Assembly: GCA_963725905.1 (NCBI GenBank)
Contig: CAVSAG010000002.1
Span: 1,140,514 to 1,204,513 of the forward strand
DNA length: 64,000 nt
Reading direction: 5' to 3'
DNA from: an uncultured Pseudomonadota bacterium
Lineage (GTDB): Bacteria; Myxococcota_A; Polyangia; Fen-1088
In this document: one piece after another, positions 37,043 through 45,614 of the stretch
Layout: each line of letters begins with the position of its first letter
How positions within the stretch are numbered: the first letter of the stretch is position 1
Notes under the pieces: generated by a model
The model's database searches: none
The model's input: only the letters and a program-made list of their open reading frames with translations
What the model was told of the DNA's origin: nothing
Position numbers and translations under genes: made by a program

Positions 37043-37162
37043 AAGGTGACCAGACCTGCGATCGGTCGAGCGGACATGGGATGTAACCGCGTACGCTTTT
37101 CGCGCTGTGAAAACCGTGATAAGAGCGGATTTTTCTTAACAAGAACGGAAAGGACGAAACAA

Positions 37163-38023
37163 ATGTCGAAGGGGATCTTGCGACCGGTGATGGGGGGCGT
37201 GGCCGCCGTGCTGGCGGTGACGACCCTGGCCTGGGTGGGGTGCGGCGGCAGCTCGGGGACTGGGCGTCCGGGCTCCACGGGCGGCTCGACCGGCAGCGCC
37301 GGGGCGACGGCGACCGGCACCGGCGGGACGGCGACCGGCACCGGCGGCGCGGCGACGGGAACCGGAGGCGCGGCCGGCGCGACGGCGCTCACCTGCACGG
37401 CGAACCCCACGACGGCGCTCCTCACGAACTTCGGGTCCGCCTCGGGCGACGGCGGCGTGACGGCCGGCGGCCAGTGGGGGACGACCGGGCAGCTGACCGG
37501 CCACACCTTCGGGTATCACGGCATGGTGCTGACCGATGGGGGCGCGCAGGCGTCGATGGTCACGGCCACGATCGATCGCGTGGGAATGGATCTCGAGCTC
37601 AAGGGAATGGTCGCCCCGGGTGACTATTCCGGCGGCGGGATGTCGTTCGACAACTGCGTCAACTCGACGATGTGGACCGGCATTCAGTTCACGATCGGCG
37701 GGACGACGGACGGCTGCAACCTGGCCTTCCAGCTGCAGACGCTGTCGCAGGAGGGGATCTCCAACCATGGGACCTGCCCTGACGGTGCCAGCTGCTACAA
37801 CTTCCCGAACAAGACCATCACCGTGTCGACGACGCCGGCCCCGGTGACGATCCTGTTCAGCGATCTCGAGGGGACCGGGATGCCGGCGACGGCGGCGGCC
37901 TTCGAGATGGAGATGTTCGGGCTGCAGTGGCAGTTCACCTCGGCGGCGCCAGTCGGCGACGGCGGCATTCAGATGGGCTGCAGCCCCGACGTCACGATCA
38001 CCAACGTGTCGTGGGTTCAGTAA
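37163..38023 (+). CDS. Lipoprotein with G/T/A linker and beta-sandwich (CBM-like) domain, function unknown
   Basis: ATG at 37163 with AAGGA upstream; lipobox AWVGC. ..GGQWGTTGQLTGHTFGYHG..GGGMSFDNC..WTGIQFTIGG..FGLQWQF.. suggests a carbohydrate-binding-type fold. The family was not recognised. Confidence 0.6.
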   Translation: MSKGILRPVMGGVAAVLAVTTLAWVGCGGSSGTGRPGSTGGSTGSAGATATGTGGTATGTGGAATGTGGAAGATALTCTANPTTALLTNFGSASGDGGVTAGGQWGTTGQLTGHTFGYHGMVLTDGGAQASMVTATIDRVGMDLELKGMVAPGDYSGGGMSFDNCVNSTMWTGIQFTIGGTTDGCNLAFQLQTLSQEGISNHGTCPDGASCYNFPNKTITVSTTPAPVTILFSDLEGTGMPATAAAFEMEMFGLQWQFTSAAPVGDGGIQMGCSPDVTITNVSWVQ

Positions 38024-38050
38024 GGGAATACTGACGCCGGCCGGGGGCCG

Positions 38051-39484
38051 TCAGGGAGACAGCGTCACCGTCGCGATCGAGCGCGACGGCATGTCGAACG
38101 AGCCCCCGGCGTCGACCGGGCCGAGCGCCGCGTAGCGCTCGGCGGTGCCCGACGATCGAAAGACCGCCGAGGTCGCGCCGGCGAAGGCGCCCGGAGCGAT
38201 CGTCACCTGATGGTCGGCGCCGTCGGTGTTGAGAAGAACCAGCGTCAGCTTGGTCCCGTCGGGCGAAAGGAAAGCCGACGCGGTCACGACAGTCTCGGTC
38301 GAGCTGGTGTCGACGCGCGTCCAGCCGGTGCCGATCCCCTTCGCGAAGTGCTGGACCGCGTAGTAGTCGTCGTTGATGGTGTAGCCGGTGCTCGACACCG
38401 TCACCAGCCCCGACGGCGTCGACTGCGGGACCCAGTAGAGATCCCAGTAGAGGTAGGCCGACACGCCCTCGACCGTCACCGCGTTCTGGATCAGCCAGGC
38501 GGTGTAGAAGGCGTTCTCGTTGTTGGGCCCGTACTCGGTCTGCCAGATCGGCTTGCCGGCCGCCGCCGTCGCCACCGCCGTCATGTTGCCGTCGTACCCG
38601 TTGGGGATCGAATCGGTCCCGCCGTAGAGGTGGTGCGCGACGATGTCCAGATCGTCGAGGTAGCCGGAGGAGGTGATTCCGGCCAGGTACTTCGGGACCT
38701 CGTTCTTGTTGAGACTGTCGTTCTCGGGGCCGGCCAGCTTCGGCATCGGCAGCCCCGGTGTGGCGGCGAGGGCCGTCTTCACCGCGTCGAGCGCCTGGCC
38801 GTAGCCGGCGTTTATGGCGCCCTCCGTCGGATCGAACAGGCAGGTTCCTTCATTGGTCGTCGTGAAGTCGGGCTCGTTCTGGATGCTGATGACGTCGGGG
38901 ACGATGCCGCCCGAGGCGGTCTGGAAGGCCGTGAGGCTCTCGGCCCACCAGGTGCCGAAATCGGCGTAGTCGTAGCCGCCGTTGGTGCCTTTCGTCAGGG
39001 TGCCCCCCGCGTCGTTCAGGCCGTTGCTCTTGAGCGACGGGTACATGGTGGATCCGTCGGCCGACGTCCACGAGGCATAGGGCGGGTTCCACGAGGACAT
39101 GAGGAGGACCGGCGCGTACCCCATCTGGTGGACCGCCTTCACGAACGCGGCCGTTTGCTTGAACGATCCGTTGTTGTCGCCGTTGTTGTCGTACCAGTTC
39201 CCGACCCGCAGGATCTGAATGCCCAGATCGCCGAACAGCGTCTGGAAGAGCTGGGCGCTCATCGGGTTCGCCGTCGCTGAGCCTGCGTAGTAGGCGACCG
39301 CTGCCCCGAACCCGACCATCGTTTGATGCACGGTCGTCGGGTCGACGGTCACCGTGGCCGCCAGCGGCAGCGGCATCCCCAGATCAGGCGGGGGCGCGTT
39401 GCCGCCGCACCCGGCGGGGACCCCCAGCGTCAGAGCGGAAAACAGAAATCCAAGGGTGAAGCGACGTAAGCCAGGTGAAACCAC
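38051..39484 (-). CDS. Glycoside hydrolase family 30 lipoprotein
   Basis: GTG start and lipobox GVPAGC. ..HQTMVGFGAA.., the acid/base block ISIQNEPD, the nucleophile block IWQTEYG, and a C-terminal beta-sandwich. It starts 9 nt downstream of the GH44 gene. Confidence 0.85.
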   Translation of the reverse strand: MVSPGLRRFTLGFLFSALTLGVPAGCGGNAPPPDLGMPLPLAATVTVDPTTVHQTMVGFGAAVAYYAGSATANPMSAQLFQTLFGDLGIQILRVGNWYDNNGDNNGSFKQTAAFVKAVHQMGYAPVLLMSSWNPPYASWTSADGSTMYPSLKSNGLNDAGGTLTKGTNGGYDYADFGTWWAESLTAFQTASGGIVPDVISIQNEPDFTTTNEGTCLFDPTEGAINAGYGQALDAVKTALAATPGLPMPKLAGPENDSLNKNEVPKYLAGITSSGYLDDLDIVAHHLYGGTDSIPNGYDGNMTAVATAAAGKPIWQTEYGPNNENAFYTAWLIQNAVTVEGVSAYLYWDLYWVPQSTPSGLVTVSSTGYTINDDYYAVQHFAKGIGTGWTRVDTSSTETVVTASAFLSPDGTKLTLVLLNTDGADHQVTIAPGAFAGATSAVFRSSGTAERYAALGPVDAGGSFDMPSRSIATVTLSP

Positions 39485-39493
39485 GAACCCCTT

Positions 39494-41773
39494 TCAGCGG
39501 CCGGTGCACACGAACAAGGTCGCCGACATCGGCGGCAAGCGATAATTGATCTGATTGTTGGTGATCTGGGCGTCGGGCAGGGACTGGATCTTGGGCGACG
39601 TTCCGTCGAATGCAAACACCTTCGCCTTGCTGTAGGCGCCCCCCTTGATCGCGATCTTTCCGTTGAAGACCGTGTGCTGCTGCTTGTTGATCACCAGCAC
39701 GGTCAGCGTCCCGGGGTGCTTGGAGTCAGTCGCCGCGAACACCGACGCCTTGTCCTGGTCGGCGGGCGCCGCCGTGACGGCCGTGTCGCCGAACGCGCCG
39801 CCGTTGCCGTCGTAGTTCCGGTAGATCTGGAAGGCAGCCTTGATGTAGTTCGGCAGCTGGCCGTTGCCGGGGCCGTTGCCCCAGTAGTTCGCCATGTAGA
39901 CGCCCTCGCGGCCCAGGATGCCGAGCACGTCGGCCTGCGCCAGCCCGCCCGAGATGTGGGTGGCGCCGCCGAAGTCGTACTCGGTCATGGTCAGCTTGGT
40001 GCCGGGATAGCGGTTGGCGATCTTCTGCTCCAGCCAGGGGACCAGGCGGATCGGCTTCTCGCCGAGATCGCCCGCGATCCAGCTCTTCTCGACGTAGGTC
40101 GGATCCCACAGGCTGCGCGGCGCCTGCACGCGCGCGTCGATCGTCTTCGGCGAGTTGTCGGGGTCGGTGATCCGCTTCGCGCCGCGCGCCTCGGGGTACC
40201 AGTGGACGTCCAGCGCGTGCACCAGACGGTGGTGGTGCTTCTCCTCCAGCTTCTTCATCGACGCCAGGAAGTAGTCGAGGTAGCTGCCGTAGGTCGCGTT
40301 GTGCTCCTTGGAGTCGGGCGCCTCCTGCAGGGTCTTGTACTCGGCCCAGCCGTAGGCCACGGCGCCCAGGACGAACGCGGTCGGGTCGACCTTGAGCAGG
40401 CCGCTGGCGGTCGCCTCGGTGCGCGAGACCATCTCGGCGTAGGTCGTCTTGTCGGGGTGAACGCGCGGGTGCGTGCTGGGCCAAAGGGCGGGCTCGTTGT
40501 CGAGCGAGTAGAACTTGATTCCCCCCTGGGCCGCCTTGCCCAGCTTGCCGACCAGCGTGTTCACGAATTCGTCCTGGTAGACGACGCCGTCGCCGAGATC
40601 GGGCGAGCTGGCGAACGGCCCCGGTTTCTGCGCGACCGACTTGTCCCAGCGCTTGCTGGGGGCCTTGTCGGCCTCGGAGACCGGCCCGCGCTTGTCGGCA
40701 GCGACGTAGTCGATCATCGGGATGGTGGCGATCGACTCCATCCCCGCCTTGCGGTTCTGCATCCCGAAGTCGATGAACTGCGCGCCGGGGACGTTGCAGT
40801 CGGTGTAGCCGAGCACGCTGCAGGGCCAGTCGTCGCTCGAGTGGTTGTAGTCGCTGCCGGCGTTGGAGGCGTTGATCTCCCAGTTGTAGGCGGTCTGCCG
40901 GTTGCCGCCCATCCGGCGCACCGTGGCGCCGACCCCGTCGAACGGCTGCGAGTTGATGCCGTAGACGAACGGGCTGATGGGGCGAATCACCTCTCCGGCC
41001 GCCACGGAGATCGCCAGGTCGCCACCCTCGGTGGGGGGGAGCGCGGCCTGCGCGGCGGCGGCCTTCTTCGCGGCCAGCGCGGACTCCTGCTGGCGCTTGC
41101 GGTCGGCGCCCTGCGTGCTCGGCAGCGAGGAGAAGGGGACCTGCTTGCCGAAGCTCTCCAGCTTCACGCCGCCGATCTCGATCGTCTGCGGGTCGTAGCC
41201 GAGGCGGAAGATGGCGTGCGCCTGGCCGGCGGCGTAGGCGGCCGCCGCCTTGAACCGGACCTCGACCTTCGACCAGCCGGCCGCCCCCTGCACCGGGTAC
41301 TGCACCGACTTGGTGTAGGGCGAGCCGTTGAGCTCGAACACGAACTCCGTCTCGCCGACGCCCCCCTCTTGCGGCGTCTCGGTGCGCAGGAAGAACGTCG
41401 CCAGCATCGCGTCGCCCGACTCGAGGGCGGCGCTGTTCGGCGCCTCGATCTGCACCGCCCACTCGTGCCCCGATCCCTCCTTGATCGTCGCGCGGACGGC
41501 GTCGGTGAACGGCTGGCCGGTCACGGCGATCGGCGCCAGGTCGACCTTCTGCACATCGCCCTGCAGCTTGAACGCCCCGATCCCGGCGCCGCCGAGCAGA
41601 TCGACGCGCGGCAGCCCGGCGACGCGATCCTCGGCGGCCGCGGTCGCCGCCGATGGCGCCGGGGCCGCGGCGGGCGCCCCCGCGGGGGCGGCGGTTCGCA
41701 TGATGCATCCGCTCGCCGAAAGACCGATCCAGACACCGAGAATTACGGGAAAGCCGAGGGGGCTCTTTGACAT
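39494..41773 (-). CDS. Glycoside hydrolase family 44 (endoglucanase/xyloglucanase) lipoprotein with N-terminal CBM-like module
   Basis: ATG at 41773 and lipobox LSASGC. GH44 blocks: RMGGNRQTAYNWE, YSLDNEPALW, LTMTEYDFGG. Confidence 0.85.
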   Translation of the reverse strand: MSKSPLGFPVILGVWIGLSASGCIMRTAAPAGAPAAAPAPSAATAAAEDRVAGLPRVDLLGGAGIGAFKLQGDVQKVDLAPIAVTGQPFTDAVRATIKEGSGHEWAVQIEAPNSAALESGDAMLATFFLRTETPQEGGVGETEFVFELNGSPYTKSVQYPVQGAAGWSKVEVRFKAAAAYAAGQAHAIFRLGYDPQTIEIGGVKLESFGKQVPFSSLPSTQGADRKRQQESALAAKKAAAAQAALPPTEGGDLAISVAAGEVIRPISPFVYGINSQPFDGVGATVRRMGGNRQTAYNWEINASNAGSDYNHSSDDWPCSVLGYTDCNVPGAQFIDFGMQNRKAGMESIATIPMIDYVAADKRGPVSEADKAPSKRWDKSVAQKPGPFASSPDLGDGVVYQDEFVNTLVGKLGKAAQGGIKFYSLDNEPALWPSTHPRVHPDKTTYAEMVSRTEATASGLLKVDPTAFVLGAVAYGWAEYKTLQEAPDSKEHNATYGSYLDYFLASMKKLEEKHHHRLVHALDVHWYPEARGAKRITDPDNSPKTIDARVQAPRSLWDPTYVEKSWIAGDLGEKPIRLVPWLEQKIANRYPGTKLTMTEYDFGGATHISGGLAQADVLGILGREGVYMANYWGNGPGNGQLPNYIKAAFQIYRNYDGNGGAFGDTAVTAAPADQDKASVFAATDSKHPGTLTVLVINKQQHTVFNGKIAIKGGAYSKAKVFAFDGTSPKIQSLPDAQITNNQINYRLPPMSATLFVCTGR

Positions 41774-41861
41774 GCGCGGCAGGTTAGCCAATTCGCCCCC
41801 GCCGGGGAAGCGCGCCCCTTCGGTGATTGCGGGGCGCTGTCCGGTGTTATGGTCCGCGCCC

Positions 41862-44222
41862 ATGAGCCCCCGTCAGAAGGCATTTTCGAAGCTGTCGGTC
41901 GCCGCGGGTCTGGCGGCGCTGGTTTGGTCGGTCGGTGCGGGAGAGGCGGCCGAATCGGCGCCGCCCGCGAACGCGGCCTACCGCAACGCAAAGCTGCCGG
42001 TCGAAAAGCGCGTCGCCGACCTGCTCAAGCGGATGACGCTGGCCGAGAAGGTGGCCCAGCTCGGGAGCGTCAACTGGGACAAGAACGCCATCGACGACCC
42101 GAAGACGCACGAGCTGTCGCCGACGCTGGCGCAAAAGCTGATGCCCGACGGAATCGGCGAGATCACGCGCCCCTCCGACCGCCACGACGCCAAGGGGGCG
42201 ATCGCCTTCGCCAACGCGATCCAGAAGTTCCTCGTCGGCAAGACGCGGCTCGGGATCCCGGCGCTCTCGCACGAGGAGTCGCTGCACGGCTTCGTCGCGC
42301 CGGGAGGTACCAGCTTTCCGCAGGCGATCGGCCTGGCGGCGACGTTCGATCCTGAACTGGTTGAACAGATCTTCACCGTAGCGGCACGGCAGACGCGGGC
42401 GCGCGGCGTGCAACACGTCCTGGCCCCCGTTGTCGACGTCGCGCGCGATCCGCGCTGGGGGCGCATCGAGGAGACCTACGGCGAGGACCCGTATCTCGTG
42501 ACCCGGATGGGCGTGGCCGCGATCCACGGCTTCCAGGGGCGCGGGGCCGCCGGCGCGCCCGTCGACGCGCAGCACGTGCTGGCGACGGCCAAGCACTTCA
42601 CGGGGCACGGGACGCCCGAAGGGGGCCGCAACACGGCGCCGGGCAACTACTCGATGCACGTGCTGCGGGAGGTCTTCTTGCCGCCGTTCGAGGCGGCCGT
42701 CCGCGAGGCGAACGTCGCCAGCGTGATGGCGAGCTACAACGAGGTCGACGGGATCCCCTCGCACGCCAACCACTGGCTCTTGACTGATCTCCTGCGCGGC
42801 GAGTGGAAGTTCCCCGGTCTGGTCGTGTCGGACTACTTCGGCATCATCGAGCTCGAGCGCAAGCACCACGTGGTGGCGACGGCCGCCGAGGCGGGGCGGG
42901 TGGCGCTCGAGGCGGGCGTCGACCTCGAGGTGCCGCAGATCGAAGGGTTCGCCACGCTGGCGGTGGACGTGAAGGCGGGGAAGGTCCCGCAGGCGGCGGT
43001 CGACCGCGCGGTCGCGCGGGTGCTGCGCGCCAAGTTCCTGCTGGGCCTGTTCGAGCACCCCTACGTCGACGCCAATCTGGAAGCGGAGCGCCCGGCCGAT
43101 CGCGCGCTGGCCCGGCGCGCCGCCGACGAGACGATGGTCCTGCTGAAGAACGACCATGACATGCTCCCGCTCGATCCGGCGCGCCTCAAGTCGATCGCCG
43201 TGATCGGCCCGAACGCGGCGGTCACGCGGCTCGGCGGCTACAGCGGGACGCCCGACAAGCCGGTCAGCGTCGTCGACGGGCTGCGCGCGCGGCTCGGCGA
43301 CAAGGTGAAGGTGACGACCGCCCCCGGCTGCGGCCTCACCAAGGGGAACCGCGGCTGGGCGGACGACGTCGTCGAGATGTCCGACCCCGCCGAGGACGCG
43401 CGCCTGACGGCCGAGGCGGCCAAGGTGGCCAAGGTCGCCGACGTCGTGCTGCTGGTCCTCGGCCAGAACGAACAGCTCTCGCGCGAGGGGTGGGCCGACA
43501 ACCACCAGGGGGACCGGACATCGCTCGATCTCCCGGGCAAGCAGATGGAGCTGGCGCGCGCGGTGCTGGCGGCCGGCCGGCCAACGGTGCTGCTGCTCGT
43601 CCACGGCAGCCCGCTGACGATCCCGGAGCTGGCGCAGAAGGTGCCGGCGATCCTCGACGGGTTCTACCTCGGCGAAGAGACCGGCACCGCCGTCGCCGAC
43701 GTGCTGTTCGGCGACGTCAGTCCGGCCGGGCGCCTGCCGGTCAGCACGCCGCGCTCCATCGGGACGATCCCCGCGTACTACGACTACAAGCCGTCGGCGC
43801 GCCGTCTCTACCTGTTCGAGCAGCCGGGGCCGGCCTGGCCGTTCGGCTACGGGCTCTCGTACACGACCTTCAAGTACGACGCCCCGACGGTCACGCCGGC
43901 CAGCATCGCCCCGAACGGGCACGCGACCGCCTCGGTCACCGTCACCAACACCGGCAAGCGCGCCTCCGACGAGGTCGTGCAGCTCTACATCCACGACGTC
44001 GTCAGCTCGGTCACCCGCCCGGTGCAGGAGCTGAAGGGCTTTCGCCGTATCCACCTCGCCCCTGGCGAGTCGAAGAAGGTCGACTTCCCGATCGGCTTCG
44101 ACGAGCTCAGCTTCTACGACGTGAAGATGAAGCGCGTCGTCGAGCCGGGGCGCTTCGAGGTGATGGTCGGCGGTAGCTCCGACAACGTGAAGACAGTGAA
44201 CCTCGACGTCACCGCCCGCTGA
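41862..44222 (+). CDS. bglX: Glycoside hydrolase family 3 beta-glucosidase (periplasmic BglX-like)
   Basis: Signal peptide. ..RMTLAEKVAQL.., ..GIPALSHEESLHG.., ..KHFTGHG.., the nucleophile region GLVVSDY, and a C-terminal Fn3-like ..VQLYIHDVVSSVTRPVQELKGF... Confidence 0.9.
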   Translation: MSPRQKAFSKLSVAAGLAALVWSVGAGEAAESAPPANAAYRNAKLPVEKRVADLLKRMTLAEKVAQLGSVNWDKNAIDDPKTHELSPTLAQKLMPDGIGEITRPSDRHDAKGAIAFANAIQKFLVGKTRLGIPALSHEESLHGFVAPGGTSFPQAIGLAATFDPELVEQIFTVAARQTRARGVQHVLAPVVDVARDPRWGRIEETYGEDPYLVTRMGVAAIHGFQGRGAAGAPVDAQHVLATAKHFTGHGTPEGGRNTAPGNYSMHVLREVFLPPFEAAVREANVASVMASYNEVDGIPSHANHWLLTDLLRGEWKFPGLVVSDYFGIIELERKHHVVATAAEAGRVALEAGVDLEVPQIEGFATLAVDVKAGKVPQAAVDRAVARVLRAKFLLGLFEHPYVDANLEAERPADRALARRAADETMVLLKNDHDMLPLDPARLKSIAVIGPNAAVTRLGGYSGTPDKPVSVVDGLRARLGDKVKVTTAPGCGLTKGNRGWADDVVEMSDPAEDARLTAEAAKVAKVADVVLLVLGQNEQLSREGWADNHQGDRTSLDLPGKQMELARAVLAAGRPTVLLLVHGSPLTIPELAQKVPAILDGFYLGEETGTAVADVLFGDVSPAGRLPVSTPRSIGTIPAYYDYKPSARRLYLFEQPGPAWPFGYGLSYTTFKYDAPTVTPASIAPNGHATASVTVTNTGKRASDEVVQLYIHDVVSSVTRPVQELKGFRRIHLAPGESKKVDFPIGFDELSFYDVKMKRVVEPGRFEVMVGGSSDNVKTVNLDVTAR

Positions 44223-44252
44223 CCGCCCCTGGCTTCTCGCTGACGCTGGTCT

Positions 44253-45614
44253 TTAGGGTCCGCCCGAGACCGGCCAGCCGTTCGCGTCCCAGGCGATCTC
44301 CGAGATGCGCAGGGTGGCGGCGCCGCTCGAGCTCCCCTTGAGCGCGTGATAGATGTTGTAGGTCTTGTTGTTGTAGGTGATGACGGCGTTGTGGCCGGGG
44401 GCGGTCCAACTGGCGTTTCCCTGCACGAGCAGCGTGCCGCCACCAGACATGAGCGACGTGCCGGCCATGTCGGTGTACGGCCCTGTCACAGTCGTCGAGC
44501 GGCCGACGCGGATGTTGTAGTCATACGCGCCGCTGCAGCAGGCGCCCCACGACGAAAACAGATAGTAGTAGCCGCAGCGCTTGAACACCCACCCGCCTTC
44601 GAGGCTCCCCCTGGAGTTCGCTCCGTTGGCGATGGAGTAGAGCATCGTGTCCGCGCGGAGGCCGGTCGAGGCGTCCAGCTTGACCATCTTGAGGCCGCTC
44701 CAGAAGCTCCCGAACTCGAGCCAGGGGGTCCCGGCGTCGTCGACGACGACGTTCGGATCGATCGCGTTCCAGTTGTCGGTCTCCCCGATGTTGGAGCAGA
44801 GCACCTGCCCCTGGTCGGCCCAGCTGCCGCTGTCGAGCGCCGCCCGCGTCGCCTGGCCGATGCACGACACGTTGCTGCCGAACGTCGAGGCCGCGTAATA
44901 GAGGTGATAGACGCCGCCGAAGTACGAGATGTCCGGCGCCCACAGGTTGGTCGCCCCGGTGGCCGTCGCGGCCCAGGAGGGGAGCTGCAGCGGCGTCGCG
45001 GCGTTGTTCCAGGTCGTGAGATTGGTCGACGTCTTGGCGATGAGGCCGGTCGCGGCGAGGTAGATCGTGCTGCCGAGGACGTACGCCGCCGGATCGTGCG
45101 CGCCCAGGCTTCCCGTCAGCGTCAGCGGCTGCGGTGGATTCGAGGCGTCGTAGACCGAGCCCGGGCAGGAGGACGCGCCGCCCACGCCGGGCGCGCCACC
45201 CTGGCCGGTTGCGCCCGCCTGACCCGCCGCGCCGGCAGCACCGGATCCGCCGGTGGCGCCGCTCGTTCCGCCCTTGGCACCGCCCGTCCCCGTCGCCCCG
45301 GCAGCGCCGCCCGTGCCCTTCGCACCTGCCGCGCCGCCGGAACCCGTGGCGCCGCCGGTTGCCGTGGCGCCGCCGGTGGCCGTGTCGCCGCCATTGCCCG
45401 TCGCGCCGCCGCTGGCGTTCGCGCCGCCGCCACCGGTCGTGCCACCGCTGGCATTCGCGCCCCCGGTGCCGGCTGTCGCGCCGCCCGATCCACCTTGGCC
45501 CGTCATGCCGTCGCCCCCCTCGCCGCTGCCGCCAGCGCCGGTGCTGCCCGCCGATTGGCCGCACCCGAGCAACGCGCAGACGCCGAGGAGCGCGATCGTC
45601 GGTCGATTTTTCAT
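44253..45614 (-). CDS. Glycoside hydrolase family 43 (endo-arabinanase-like) lipoprotein
   Basis: Lipobox ALLGC and a linker. ..GAHDPA.., ..LWAPDISYFGGVYHLYYAAS.FGSN.S.IG.., ..NAIDPNVV.DDAGTPWLEFGSFWSG.., ..YYYLFSSWGACC... The ATG overlaps the upstream stop (ATGA at 45611-45614). Confidence 0.9.
   Translation of the reverse strand: MKNRPTIALLGVCALLGCGQSAGSTGAGGSGEGGDGMTGQGGSGGATAGTGGANASGGTTGGGGANASGGATGNGGDTATGGATATGGATGSGGAAGAKGTGGAAGATGTGGAKGGTSGATGGSGAAGAAGQAGATGQGGAPGVGGASSCPGSVYDASNPPQPLTLTGSLGAHDPAAYVLGSTIYLAATGLIAKTSTNLTTWNNAATPLQLPSWAATATGATNLWAPDISYFGGVYHLYYAASTFGSNVSCIGQATRAALDSGSWADQGQVLCSNIGETDNWNAIDPNVVVDDAGTPWLEFGSFWSGLKMVKLDASTGLRADTMLYSIANGANSRGSLEGGWVFKRCGYYYLFSSWGACCSGAYDYNIRVGRSTTVTGPYTDMAGTSLMSGGGTLLVQGNASWTAPGHNAVITYNNKTYNIYHALKGSSSGAATLRISEIAWDANGWPVSGGP

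Noticed and set aside
34250-37160. A mobile genetic element or genomic island, suggested by the low-GC patch, the Uma2 nuclease-fold gene and the AAA ATPase.
   Set aside because: There is no integrase, transposase, recombinase, tRNA target, or terminal inverted or direct repeats. Only the two TM genes and short intergenic stretches are compositionally deviant. I report it as a compositional anomaly, not as a mobile element.
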